Assembly (NCBI RefSeq): GCF_018350175.1
Contig: NC_058369.1
Coordinates: 15,316,001 to 15,380,000 of the forward strand
Origin: Felis catus
Taxonomy: Eukaryota
Length of the DNA stretch: 64,000 nucleotides
Direction of reading: 5' to 3'
Shown: in pieces, positions 26,402 to 38,713 of the stretch
Numbering within the stretch: the first letter of the stretch is position 1
Layout of the letters: each line of letters starts with the position of its first letter
Notes under the pieces: model-generated
The model's database searches: none
What the model was told of the DNA's origin: nothing
Seen by the model: the letters and a program-made list of their open reading frames with translations, nothing else
Position numbers and translations under genes: made by a program

Positions 26402-26942
26402 TAACTAAGCCGGGAGCCAAAGCTCTGATTTTAACTCTTGTGTCCCTGATTAACAGTATAAACTGGTGTGAGTCGGGAGGCTCCGTTTTCTCATCATTAG
26501 AAGGAGACGGTGGGACCAAGTGGTCTCTAAAGTGCCTTTTGGCTTTTCATGCGGTCGGGGATTCAAGGCAAAGCCAGCCATTGAAAGAGGGAGACTGCTT
26601 ATTAAATCAACACTAGGCTGAGCAGAAGAACCCGTTCTGGGTATGCCAGAACCACTCCGTGCAAGATCCCCTCCAAGGTTACCAAGTTTCAGGATATGGG
26701 ATTGAGGGATCGCTCCCGGAAACTCCAGAGACAAGTGACTAGAGCATATCAGGGATGTGTCCCGTGGCAGTTAGATCATCTCCATATTTTTCAGCTTAAG
26801 ACTGGACGTAAACAGGATTTAAAAAGTTAAAGACATCACGAGACGGATAGTTCTATCCATCCGTAGCAGCCCGTGAGGTGCTCTGTCGGAGACAGAGTAG
26901 TGGACTGAAATGGACTTTGGGTCAGATCCAATACTGTACTTC

Positions 26943-27140
26943 CTTTTTTTTTTTTTTTTAAGTTTATTTATTTTGAGGAGGGGAGGGGCAGACAGAGAGA
27001 GGGAGAGAGAGAATCCCAAGCGGGCTCCGTGCTGTCAGTACAGAGCCTGACGCGGAGCTCAGTCCCACGAACCGAGATCGTGACCTGAGCTGAAATCAAG
27101 CGTCGGATGCTTAACCGACTGAACCATCCAGGCGCTCCCC
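26943..27140 (-). mobile_element. Can-SINE
   Basis: TSD ccaatactgtacttc. Confidence 0.92.
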
Positions 27141-28559
27141 CCCCCCCAATACTGTACTTCTTATATGCAAAGAAAGCACAAAGTTAAAAATAACCCCCGA
27201 TCACTGCAAAACTTGGCTGAATTAGAACTTCAGCACACCAACTCACAATACCAGTGCCATATGGATATGTGACCTCCAGTTTTCTCACTCAAAAGACATG
27301 TCTCAAATGAGGCAGTTTTCCCATTATAATTAATCCGGAAGGTAGCAGAGAATAGCATATGGATTTGGAAAACTACCCATTAGAACTTGTTAACACAGTG
27401 CCTTGCTCCTTTTAAGCACACAGGAATATTGAGAGACAGAAAAACAAAGCTGAGGACCTTGCTTTGTATAACATCCCAGGCCGTGGGAGCCCCTGTCTAC
27501 TCCACTGTGTTACTGGGAGGGAAGCCAGGTCACCCCAAGCTGACGCTGTACTAGGCATTGTGGGAAGGCCATCTAATTAGCTCTTTTTTTTTTTTTTTTT
27601 TTTTGACCATTGCCTCCAGTTGAAAATGTTATAATCTCACTGAGGGACATTATTCTTGAACTCATCAGCTGTGAGTTTTCAACTGTTCAGCGGAAATTGT
27701 TAGTTACCATGGTGATTCACCTGGTTCTCGCCGCACTCCTGCACAGGTTTATTGAAAAAGCTGCCTTTGGAGGTCAGCACTTCGTTTTCCCTGAAAATCG
27801 GGAGACCAGGGTGTGGTGTGAGAGTGGTGCGGGGGAGCAGAAACCTATGTTCACCGCAGGGCCTCTGCTGAGGGCTGCGTGTGCACAAAGCAGGACTCTA
27901 TAAGGCCTAATAGAAAATGGTTATAACCAGATTGAGAGCAGACCAGAGACACGAGCAGACTGCACGGTGCTCAGAGATCTTGGGGTTGTGGCCCAGCCAG
28001 CAGTATGGAGTTGAGAGCCCCAAAAGGCCATATGTGAGAGGTAGGGATGACCCCCTAGAACCAAAGACAAAATCAGAATAGACTCGACTTAGTAAAAAAC
28101 AAAAGTAAGCCTGACAGTTTCAAAAGGAACTCTCAGAACAAAACTCAACACCTTTAGAGGAGACCATATGATCTCGACTCCCTACATGGTTGGTTTTTTA
28201 CTTGTGTGTCCAACATGTAATAATAATTTAAAAAAAAAAAAAAAGTACTAGCCTTGCAAAGAATCAGGAAACTGTGGCTCATGATCAAGAAAGAAAAAGG
28301 GGAGGGGAGAGGGGGCAGCCCAGTAGAAATAGATTCAGAGATGGCCCAGATGTGGGAATCACGAGAGAAAGCCAGAGACATCTGTTACATAAATGGTCTG
28401 GGACTTAAAGGAAAAGGTGGTCATAATGAGGGAACAGATGGTGAATCTCAGAAGAGAAATGGAAACTATTTAAAAAAAAAAAAAAGAGAACTGGAAATCT
28501 AGAACAGAAAAGCATAATATCTGAAACAGAAAGTCACTGTTTGGGCTCCAGAGGGATGA

Positions 28560-29215
28560 GGAAGGGTTAAAGCAAAGCCATAAAGCTGGAGGGGAGCTCT
28601 TTCAAAGGGAACATCATGCGTGGTGGCCCCAAAGTAGAAATGTATCTGATGACGTTGAGAAGCTGGAAGAACGACAGTATTACCGGAACAGAGAGCCAGG
28701 AGGAAAGACTAACTAGGGCTGGAGAAGCTGGAGAGGGTTAGGGGCCAGATCAGGCGTGTCCTTTTAGGTCTTAAGGAGTTTGGACTTTATCATGGAGGCC
28801 ATGGGAGACCGTGGAAGGACTCTAAGAAAGGGAATGACACGGTCAAATGTGTGGTTTTTATAAATTCACTGTGGAAAGGGCAGTGTGGATGCAGGGAGGT
28901 CTGCTAAGAGGCTATGACAATAGTCCAGGTGTGTATGACTTAGGCTGTGGGTGGGAGTAGTGGGGGGAGATGGGTAGGTTAGAAAAATACTCAGATGGTG
29001 AAGTTTGCAGCACTTCCTCACCTATTGGACGACAGTGTGTAGGAGATGGTGTCATTAGGAAGGACCCTGACCTGGACACAAAGCAGATGACTGAGCTACT
29101 GACTGCGGTAGGGAGTCTGGAAGAGACGTAGTCCTGACCCTTTGAATCGGAGTGGCCCTGAGACTGTTGAGTGGAGATGTACAAGTAATAATAGGTGCTC
29201 GGATAAGTGGGTTTG
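28560..29215 (-). mobile_element. L2 fragment
   Basis: ggggccagatcagg...taaggagtttggactttatc...ggaatgacacggtcaaatgtgtg...gttgagtggagatg. Confidence 0.6.
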
Positions 29216-29230
29216 AAACTTCAAAGATGA

Positions 29231-29392
29231 GGGGCACCTGGGTGGCTCAGTCAGTTAAGCATCCGACTCTTGATTTTGGCTCAGGTCATGATCTCACGGT
29301 TCGTGGGTTCGAGTCCTGCATCAGTCTCTGCACTAACAGTGTGCTCTCTCTCTCAAAAATAAACTTAAAAAAAAAAAAAAAAAAAAAGAAAG
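29231..29392 (+). mobile_element. Can-SINE, internally deleted
   Basis: Head and A tail; TSD-like gaaactt(c/t)aa(a/g)gat. Confidence 0.85.
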
Positions 29393-29504
29393 AAACTTTA
29401 AGGATCAAATGATAAGACATCTACCTTAAAACCTGGTATGATAGAAATAGCGTTGAATCAGTAAGGAGATCATGCTCTATAGATTAAGGATGAGGTCTCA
29501 GATC

Positions 29505-29900
29505 AACTGGTAATGCTTTTAGCTGCAAGTAACTGAAAACCTGAGCTATGGGTGTCTTAAACAGATGGGAGTTGATTTTTCCCATATAAAAAGGCCCAAG
29601 GTGCTGGGACTGAACCAGGATAGGGCTCTGAGTTGGCATCTTAGGGGTTCTCTCAGCCTTTTCCTTCCTGCCTTATCACCTCTTGGTGGCAAGATGGCTG
29701 CTGCAGCTCCAGATATCACATTTCCATGCAAGACAGAGAGAAGCAGAAGGGGGGCAGTGTGACTGTTTCTGTTACCTGGAAAGCAAGAACTTTCCCACAA
29801 CTCCCCCAACAAAATCCCACTGAGGTTCTTTTAGCCCCAGTTATGTCATGTGGCTCCTCCCCAGCTTCAGCGGAAGCTAAGGAAAGCAGGTTCAGTCTTT
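29505..29900. mobile_element. Old MLT1 (J/K-like) LTR
   Basis: gcttttagctgcaagtaactgaaaacc...cttaaacaga...caagatggctgctgcagctccagatatcacat. Confidence 0.6.
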
Positions 29901-32900
29901 TTAGCTTCTTTGGTCAAGCTGCCTGAGGGAAGGGGATGGCCAGCGGGTGCTGGGACGGTCAGTGAGCTGTGCCTGACATTGTCTTCTTTAGAATTTTGTA
30001 TGTGTGACTGGTTTTGCTGTGCTGGGGGCTGCCTCTGTGCCCAACGGCTGGCGGTCTGCATGGGAGCGTGGCTGTGAAGGGGCCCTCCTTTCATTCATGT
30101 AACTTCCGGATTGGAAAACGATGCCTGATGCGCAAATCACTGGGAACCCCGAAATGCCGAAGTCCTTTATTAAGGCTGTTCTGTGATGTTATTGGATTTT
30201 TCTCCCCTCCTCCCCTTGCCCCTACCCGGTCTTGCTAGGACTGTTTGCTTCGTGAAATGTTGAGAAAACTGGCAGAAGGAGTATCCAAGGCACATGAATT
30301 AGTCTGGGCAGAGCTGTGTGGGCGGCATCTCGTGGGCAGCACCGCGAGGGGAGAACAGGGGGAGGAGGGAGGATTGCAGGCCTCCGCGCAGAAGGCAAAA
30401 GGGATTCGGGGTCTGATGGAGCGATCGCCTCAGTTCCTGCCAGCAGGGTGACAATTGGGAGGCGAGACAAATCGAGAGCCGGCTTCCCACTGGAACTTGT
30501 CTAATAGATTCGTGGTTTTGATTTCTGCGGCTGCCTCCTGTAGCCCCCAGACGCTGCCTCCCGCAGGCCCGCGGCCGCTGGGGCGCTGTTCATAGGTTCC
30601 TCTTTGGACATAATCGTGCCCTGATGGTGCTTGGTCAACCACCACATCACATTGGTGGGTATATTTGCCACATTTCCAGGCGATACCTGGCAGCTGCTAG
30701 AATATGAAGCAAGTCTGTGTGCCCCCTCCCTATTCCTACCTGCTTTTGCCCCCGATCTGATCGGTGCTCAGGCTTTTACCTTCCCCATCTTACTTATCCT
30801 TCACATTGTTCCTTTAAGCGTCGGTGTGCCTGTTATCCCCATTTTACTGACGTAGAAACTGAGGCTCTCACTGGTAATAAGTAATGGCCCTGGGATTCAA
30901 AATCGGGTGCTTGAGCTCTTAACCGGCAGTCTGTTCCACTTCTCAGGGAGCGTGAATTCATTTGTTCTTTCCCCCGATGTTACTGAGCCCCTGGCCAGAC
31001 CTGGGCTGGGTGCTAGCAGGGGGTGTGGAGGCCAGTGTGGGAGACAGTCTGAGACTGAGCCGGCACGGCTCCCTGGGATCACCGTGCCGACGCAGGAGAG
31101 CACATCGGGGCCAGGAGGAGGAGCCCCAGGTTGGCCCTGTGTGGTGAGGGAGGGCGGGAAGTGCAAAATGTCTATTGGGGAACGTTTGATCGCCTTCCCG
31201 ACGGGCAGGAAACTTCACGTCTCCCAAGTGTTTCCAAGTAGAATTTCTGCTGGTGAGAAGTGGCTGAGCAACGATGAGCCTTCACGAAATCAGGGGAAGT
31301 GGGAGGGACTGGCCCCACCTCCCTGCCCCCTTGTGCCCCTCCTCCCCCGATTTCACCTGTGAGTTTGCGGGTAAAGGTGGAGGTGCCTTTGCCAGAACGC
31401 ACTGTTTGCGTTTGAGCCTGCAGAGAGTAAAAATATGGGGTCGGAGAGGCAAGGGGGTGAAGGAAGGGGGGGTGGGTTTTACAACAGGAACTTTGCGGGG
31501 AGCGGGGAGCAGACCCGAGCTGAAAGACCGCCCCAGAGAGGAGCCAAGGTGCAAAGCTCCAGTCTCCAGCACGTGCCCCTGGGTGCTTAAGGGTCCCCTG
31601 CCCTCTGGAATGGGGACCCCTGGGCACCCTTGTTCCAGTCCTGAGGCCTTGAGATGCTTGTGAAAGCACTTGGCTGTCTTCCGGAAACCGGGCCTGGTGC
31701 CTGGCTTTCTGCCCTCAGATCCGCCGTCAGCCCCAGAACAGAGGCTGGCTCACAGGTGACGCCAGAAGATGCGTCTCCGTGACACCAGCCAAGTCACCCC
31801 CGTGCTGCTGTGCCCCGGGAGCTCTGTCTGCAAAGGGGCTGGTCGGTGCGGTTTGGCACCTGGGCCACACCCCGCTCCCTGCCCCCGAGAGGGACCCTCG
31901 GCACCAGGGCCGCCTCCTGTATGTGCGGCCTGGGCCTTCACGGCAGGGGTGTAGACGCAGATTAGAGGCTGGCTGCAGAGGCGAAGTTTCCAAGAACCGG
32001 GAGGAACGAGTGAGAAAGATCTAATGAGCCGTCAGCTTCTCTGCAAGGCCATTGGGATAAAAAGCTGAGAGGACACCAGCCGGGGCCACACTGAACGATG
32101 ATGCTGGGGTTTATATACCGCCAGGGTTTTCTCTGAAGAGCCCCGTGGCTTTCAAGCTATTATTGGGTCATCCCACCGTGCTCCTCTGTGGTCAGCCAGG
32201 CCTGAGCGTGGCCTTATGCGTCCACCTCAGAAAAATGTTTTATCAGCTGCTAAGTGGTGGGTAGGAGTGTCTGAGCCGTGCAGGCTCTGGGCCCCGGAGC
32301 CTGGACAGCAGCACCCAGGACACCCTGAGCGCCAGCTTCCTGCTGGAGTCCTCCCCCAGACCCCGGTTGTCTCTTCTGGAAACCGCAGGCTCGGCTCTCG
32401 TCCCCAGGATCTGGCTTTGACACCCTGTCTCACAAAACCAATTCGTTGTTAAATCTGCTCCTTCTTACGTAACATCTCTTACTTCTCTCTGTTCTCTGTA
32501 TTCCACGCCTCTCCAGGATCTTGCCTCTCCTAAGCTGTAAGGTGAACTCAAGTCCCCACCTTCCATGCTGTCCCGTCCGCACTCCGATCGTCGGCCTTCT
32601 CACAGGGAAAGCCACCCCCTGCGTCCCTCAGAAGTACTTCTGGGGATGGTGGTGGGCAGGGCTCGGGGGAGGTGGGGGAACAGAGGCATAAGGAAGGCAG
32701 ACGACTAGAGGCTGACAGTTCCCCAGCGGTCCCCGGGCAAGCCTCATGCTGTCTGGAGTGGATCAGGAGACTTGTGTCCCCACCACAGCCACAGCCAGGG
32801 GTGACAGTGAGACCTCCGGGGGGCGGGGTGGCTGGTTGGTTCTGTGCAGGCCTTGGAGGGAACTTGGGCTTGGAAGGGTTCACCAGAGTCGGTGCAGCGC

Positions 32901-33304
32901 AGGGCCCCGGCTCAGATTCGCGAAGCCACAGTGGTTCTGGATCGTGCCGGGATGACACTGGCAATTAGACTTCCTCCTAAACCCGGGGCCTTCGTGTTCA
33001 CCCCGAGAAGGCCCCCCGCCAGCGGCCGGTCACATCTGTATGTGCTCTCCATTAGCCCAGTACCCTGTGAGTTCCCATTTCCCCTGGCCCTGGGGCCTCG
33101 CGCCCACCCTGGGTCCCTCCCGTCTGGGACTTGGGGACACCCCTGCCTGCACAGCGTCTCCAAAGCCCTTGTGAAGCAGACACACAGGCTTCCGGTTGGT
33201 ACGCACGGTCAGCAAGCCAGAAGCTTCTGTGTTTGTGTTGTTTTTTTTGGTTTTGTTTCTAAGCTAGAAGGAATGACTGCAAAGGGAGAAGGAGAGAAAT
33301 GATA

Positions 33305-33629
33305 CCGTTGACCCTCGGACAAGGTGGCTCGAGGGTCAGCGCCCCCGACCCCTCCCCCATGCAGTTGAAAATTCACAGGTGACTTCGGAGTCCCTAAAAG
33401 CTTTACTAATAGTCTACTGTTGACTGGAGGCCTAACAGATAACATAGTCAGTTGATGAACACATATTTTGTATGGTGTCTGTGTTACATACAGTAGTCTT
33501 ACAATAAAGTAAGCCAGGGAAGAGAGAATGTTAAGGAAGAAAGGAAAATCACAGGGAAGAGAAAATACGTTTTATGGTGCTGGGCTGTATGGACCAGTGC
33601 AGTTCAAACCCGTGTTCAGGGGTCAGCTG
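33305..33629. mobile_element. Tigger2-derived non-autonomous TcMar element
   Basis: TA|ccgttgaccctcggacaa ... gttcaggggtcagctg|TA: inverted ends with TA target duplication. The internal ctactgttgactggaggcct...gataaca is typical of Tigger2a. Confidence 0.8.
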
Positions 33630-36284
33630 TAATATACTTCTTAGTATATTGACAATGAAAGAAATTGTAAATCTGATTTGGAAACAATGAAGGCAGAATG
33701 AACATGATGTATTGCCCTTAAACCCTGAGTGGGGTTTCTGTGCTCCTGGCCAGGTGCTTTTGGGGGGGTAAAGACCTCCTACCTTCTTGAAGTACTAGCC
33801 AGGACCCCGTGGGACTAAGGAGATTTATTAGCGCCTCGTTGTGGGGGGGTCCCTGGGTGTGCCAGGGCGGGCTGGGGAGTTCACTGATCAACTCAGGGAG
33901 ACATTTGGATTTTAAAGCTAGAAGAAACTTGAGCAAACAGTGCACAGGTCCCCCACATTTAGCCCACGGTCTCCCATGCTTTTTAAATCCCTGCCCTAAT
34001 GTGAAAAACAAAAATGCCAGCAAAAAACCCTCATGCTTTTGAAATTACAAAATCAATATGATACCTAGAGACAAATGAAAGGGATCAGGCGTTGCTTTCT
34101 CTTAAGCATTGTGCATCCCGTCCTCCTCCCGCTCCCCCAGGGGACTCGTGGCCAGCTCGAGGTGTCCCGGAAAATTACAGACCCGGCCCATTCCTCATTT
34201 TATAACTGAGGCCCCCAAACCCAAGAAAGCCAGGGCCCAACTTGAGCCTCCCGTGACCCGGGTCTCCCTGCTCTCCACCAGCTCTTAAGCGAGGCGTTTC
34301 CAAGCACCCCGTACAGAAGGAGGGCATGTGTTGTGGGAAAGCCGGCCATGAGCACAGTAGGAACTGTAATGGGGACAGGGAGAGGGCACAGATGGCCAGG
34401 CGACGGAAAGCGCCGTGGTCGGCGGTTTTCTGGTTTGTTCTTGCTGGCATTGGCTTGCTGGCCTCTGAGCTGAAGCTGTGTCTTTTTTGTCACCATCTCT
34501 GTCCGCCCCAACGTCCTGTCCGTCCCCTGGACCTTCTGAGCCCAGCTGCTGGGAGAGCAGGGACACTGATCCGTGACTGCCGCGCTCTGAAGGAGGCAGG
34601 CGTTGGCAGCCACATCTGTGGTCATAACGGTATTGTTGTGTTAGTCAAAAGAAGGGTCCCTCTTATAGAAGGAGGCGGTTTTCCACAGTATCCTTCCGTT
34701 TCTCTCTGTATCTTGTTTACTATTCCAGGGTGGCTAATTTTGAGTGTCAGCTTGGCTCGAAATGAAGATTTAATCCTGTCGACAGCTGTAAGAAGTTGCG
34801 AACTCTGATAAATTGCAAACTCTCCTAGTTCAAAAAGAGTTTACTAATGGCATGATCTTAACTGTGTGAAACGTATACAGGAGCACCCACACCCGCACTA
34901 CGTTTTTTCAGCCGTCACGGCATTGGCACTAACATTTTATGTGCCGCTAACAAAAATGGTGTCAGAGGCACCTCTGGTTGTAAGATATGTCCCCACTGCA
35001 GAGTTTGTGGGGGAAAATGAGCTTCTTTGAATTAGTGGACGATAGGGTATAAGTGGATTGAAAAGATATGGAATAAAATATTAATAGTGACCCTCCCTGG
35101 GTGTTTATATTGATTGTGGGAAACTGATACTTTTCTTCATCCGTCTCCATATTTTCCATAATGACTTATCATTTTGGTAGTCAGAAAACAGAACAGCCTG
35201 AGAGCAGGGTTATGTCAGCATTTATTTACATATCTTCTGTAGACCTGAGTGCCTTGGAAGGGATGGTCTTATCTTCCTGCAAGTTTTTAGTTTATAGGCA
35301 GGCTTCCAACTTGAAGGTAATTTAATGGAATATTCCCTGGGACCGCTGTCCCCATTTTCCCCCCCCTTATTAGACCAGTTAAAAGCTTTCAGTCTCGCTC
35401 CCAAGACTCTGCCTTCCCGGAACAAAACCGCCTTTTCAGGCAAGGGTATCCCAGGGCCGCAGATTGGGCCGAGTACACTGCGATGTCTCCCTGCTTGCTC
35501 CCCCTCCCGTGGGGTACAAGGCAGCCTCTCTTTTGGCCCCTCGACCCAGGGGCAGTGAGGTCACCTGAGTGGCTCTGGGAATCAGAAGCAGCCTCGTCCA
35601 GACAGGTGACTGTCATTGGGGGAGTTTGTCCTCCGTCGTCTGCATTCTTAGGGGCGTGGTGGTGACATTTCAGAACCCGTAGTTACCAACCCTTGAAATT
35701 TCGTGGGATTAGAACTGCTTCGCTGTCAGAAAAGTGCATTGCTTGGGCCTGAAGGGGGGGGGGGGGGGAGACGGCTAGGTGTGGCCTGAGTTAATGTGAC
35801 GATACCTGGATAAGAAGAGACTACCCAAATTGGTGGCTGCCACACCAGCTGATTTCCTTCCCCGCGTCCTTTCCCACGTGGCCGTCTCTGGTGATTGTAC
35901 CCGGAAGGCGCTTCCTTCTTTCCAGCCACTCGGAGGCTGTTTGATAGCACTTGGGGTGTCCCTCTTTCACTTGGCTCTGAGATGCACACGCGACGTATGC
36001 GTGGGCTGCTTGGGGCCTCTTTTCCTTCGACCCCTGCGGTCCCAGGTATGCACACCTTGTTGGCAAGTCGCTTACCATCAGCAGGATGTCTTGCTCAGAA
36101 ATGATCGTTTCCCTTCTGGGTTAGCAACACCTTCGCTGGAATTGAGATTCCTGGATAGCAACACTGTTTTACCACGACAAGTGGATCTTGCTAGAAATAC
36201 AGATCACATTTCAGAAGAGAGGTTATAAAGTACAGCTATCAGAGGGAGGTGAACAAGGTAAATATTATGCCAAATGAGCTTTTT

Positions 36285-36671
36285 ATATATTTATTTTTTA
36301 AATGTTGATTTTTTTTTTCAACGTTTATTTATTTTTGGGACAGCGAGAGACAGAGCATGAACGGGGGAGGGGCAGAGAGAGAGGGAGACACAGAATCGGA
36401 AACAGGCTCCAGGCTCTGAGCCATTAGCCCAGAGCCTGACGCGGGGCTCGAACTCACGGACCGCGAGATCGTGACCTGGCTGAAGTTGGACGCTTAACCG
36501 ACTGCGCCACCCAGGCGCCCCTTTAAATGTTGATTTATTTGAGAGAAAGAGTGTGAGCAGGGGACGGGGAGAGGGACGCCCACGTGGCTTGATCCCACAA
36601 AAGGCTTGATCCCATGACCTACGCTAAAGTCAAGAGTCAAACGTAACCAGTGGAGCCCCCAAGGCACCCCC
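36285..36671 (-). mobile_element. Young Can-SINE (~36312-36521) nested in the tail of an older Can-SINE
   Basis: Inner TSD tttaaatgttgattt; outer TSD-like ccaaatga(g/a)cttt. Confidence 0.88.
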
Positions 36672-37203
36672 AAATGAACTTTCAATGTAGAAATCCTCGT
36701 GTGCGACCTCATGCCAGAGTCAAAGCAGGAGAGGGGGGCTAGGCTGTGGGACCGTTTATTCCTCTAGAATATTCTAGAGGGGACATCTAGATTTTTTATG
36801 AACACCCTACTGCCTTCAGAATCTGTTTTCCTTGATTACAACTCATATATGCTGTGTCTTTGGAGGGACTACTTTGAAATGATTTCAGAAAAAGAATAAG
36901 GAAATCTTGGCAACAAGATTAAGTTTTAGAAAAAAATAAATACAAATTATAATTCAAACATAATTGCTATTCAGGTCACACTGATTTAGAAGTAGGCTGT
37001 GTTAAGACTATTAAAAAGTGTCTGTTTTAATTAAATCTTATTATTAAATCTTTCTCTTTCTTTCTCCCTCAAATCTGTGTCCAGCTCTCAGGGCTCTGGT
37101 TTCTGAACTCCCTCTTAGTAGCTAATAAATGCACTTTATTTCTCATTCTGCCTAAACTTTTTTTTTTTTTTTACAAAGGTTTTATAAAGTATCATGTTTT
37201 TAT

Positions 37204-37425
37204 TTAAAAAAATTTTTTTTATTATTACGTGTATTTGTTTTGAGAGAGAGAGAGACAGAGCATGAGCAGGGAAGGAGCAGAGAGAGAGGGAGACACAGAA
37301 TCCGAAGCAGGCTCCAGGCTCCGAGCTGTCAGCGCAGATTCTGACGCGGGGCTCGAACTCAGGAACTGAAATCATGACCTGAGCCGAAGTCAGACGCTCA
37401 ACTGACTGAGCCACCCAGGCGCCCC
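37204..37425 (-). mobile_element. Can-SINE
   Basis: TSD gtatcatgtttttat. Confidence 0.92.
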
Positions 37426-38049
37426 TAGTGTATCATGTTTTTATAACAGTTTCTTCTGGAATTCTTATTTCTGGTCCTGTCGCACCTTGTGCTTAATGCT
37501 TTGGCTCGTGTACTGTCCTCTCTTGGGAAGTGTGGGTTTATTCCCAGCATTATTTCTGCTGCTTTGCAGAAGGAGTCCGATCAGACATGTCATGTTTAAT
37601 TCTCTTATCATCCCCAGCCCTTTCAGTTTAAGCTTTGTCTTTCTTATTTCCGATGGTGCTTTGTATCCTCGAAGCTTTTTTGATTGGATGTGCAGGTCAG
37701 CCCATCTCTTGTTGGTCACGTTCTTAAACTCTGGATCCTATTCAGATTCACTAATGCAGTCGTGTTTCAGCTTCTCAAAGCATCTTCATTCCAATGGTGT
37801 ACCTACGGGGCAACGGTGGCTGTACATTCAGACCATCCTGGTGGAAATGATCATAAGGACCCTTTGCAAATAACAGTGCTTATATGTATGCTACGTAATA
37901 ACCACAGGGAAATGTTACCATGTGACTTCAGGTGAGTATTAGTACAGTCATTGTTGATAAAAACTGAATGAGAAGCTCCTTCATGTGGTTAATTCCTAGG
38001 TTTTGCAGCTGGAAGAAGCTGCCTTTTGTTTAATGAAATAAAGATACCT

Positions 38050-38254
38050 GAGGTGTGCCTGGGTAGCTCAGTAGGTTAAGCGGCCGACTCCAGCTCAGGT
38101 CATGATCTCACGGTTTGTGGGTTCAAGCCCTGCGTCGGGCTCTGTGCTGACAGCTCGGAGCCTGGAGCCTGCTTCGGATTCTGGCTCTGCCCCTGCTCCG
38201 TGCGTGCTCTTTCTCTCAAAAATAAAAATAAACATTAAAAAAATAAAAATAAAG
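38050..38254 (+). mobile_element. Can-SINE
   Basis: TSD taaagatacctga. Confidence 0.9.
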
Positions 38255-38522
38255 TAAAGATACCTGAAAACAGTATAGGGGCCCAGAACGATATCTGGAT
38301 AATTCATGATTTTGGGTCTGCCATTGACTTAGTCGAATGAGCCATTTTTGTTTTCATTTATTAATGGGAGTTGAATAAGTGAATGGTTGCCAAACTGTGC
38401 CAAAGCCTTGGTATTGATGGAGAGGGCTCGGAGGAGAGAGCAGGGCATCTCCTGGAATGGTTCAGCATTCGGCTCTTACATATATATCAGGTTTCCTCTG
38501 ATTTCATTGGAAAGATGATATT

Positions 38523-38713
38523 GGGGCACCTGGGTGGCTCAGTCAGTTAAGCATCTGACTTTTGGTTTGAGCTCAGGTCATGATCTCACAGTTTGTAGGT
38601 TCGAGCCCTGTGTCAGACTCCACACTGGCAGTGCAGAGCCTGCATGGGCTTCTCTCCCTGCCCCTCCCTCACTCACTCCATCTCTCTCTCAAAATAAATA
38701 AACTTAAAAAAAA
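38523..38713 (+). mobile_element. Can-SINE
   Basis: Head, CT tract, A tail. Confidence 0.9.

Noticed and set aside
29500..35000. Dense overlapping ORFs in GC-rich sequence suggesting a nested gene
   Set aside because: Low-complexity Pro/Gly/Arg-rich translations on both strands with no recognisable domain or consistent splice structure; expected from GC content.
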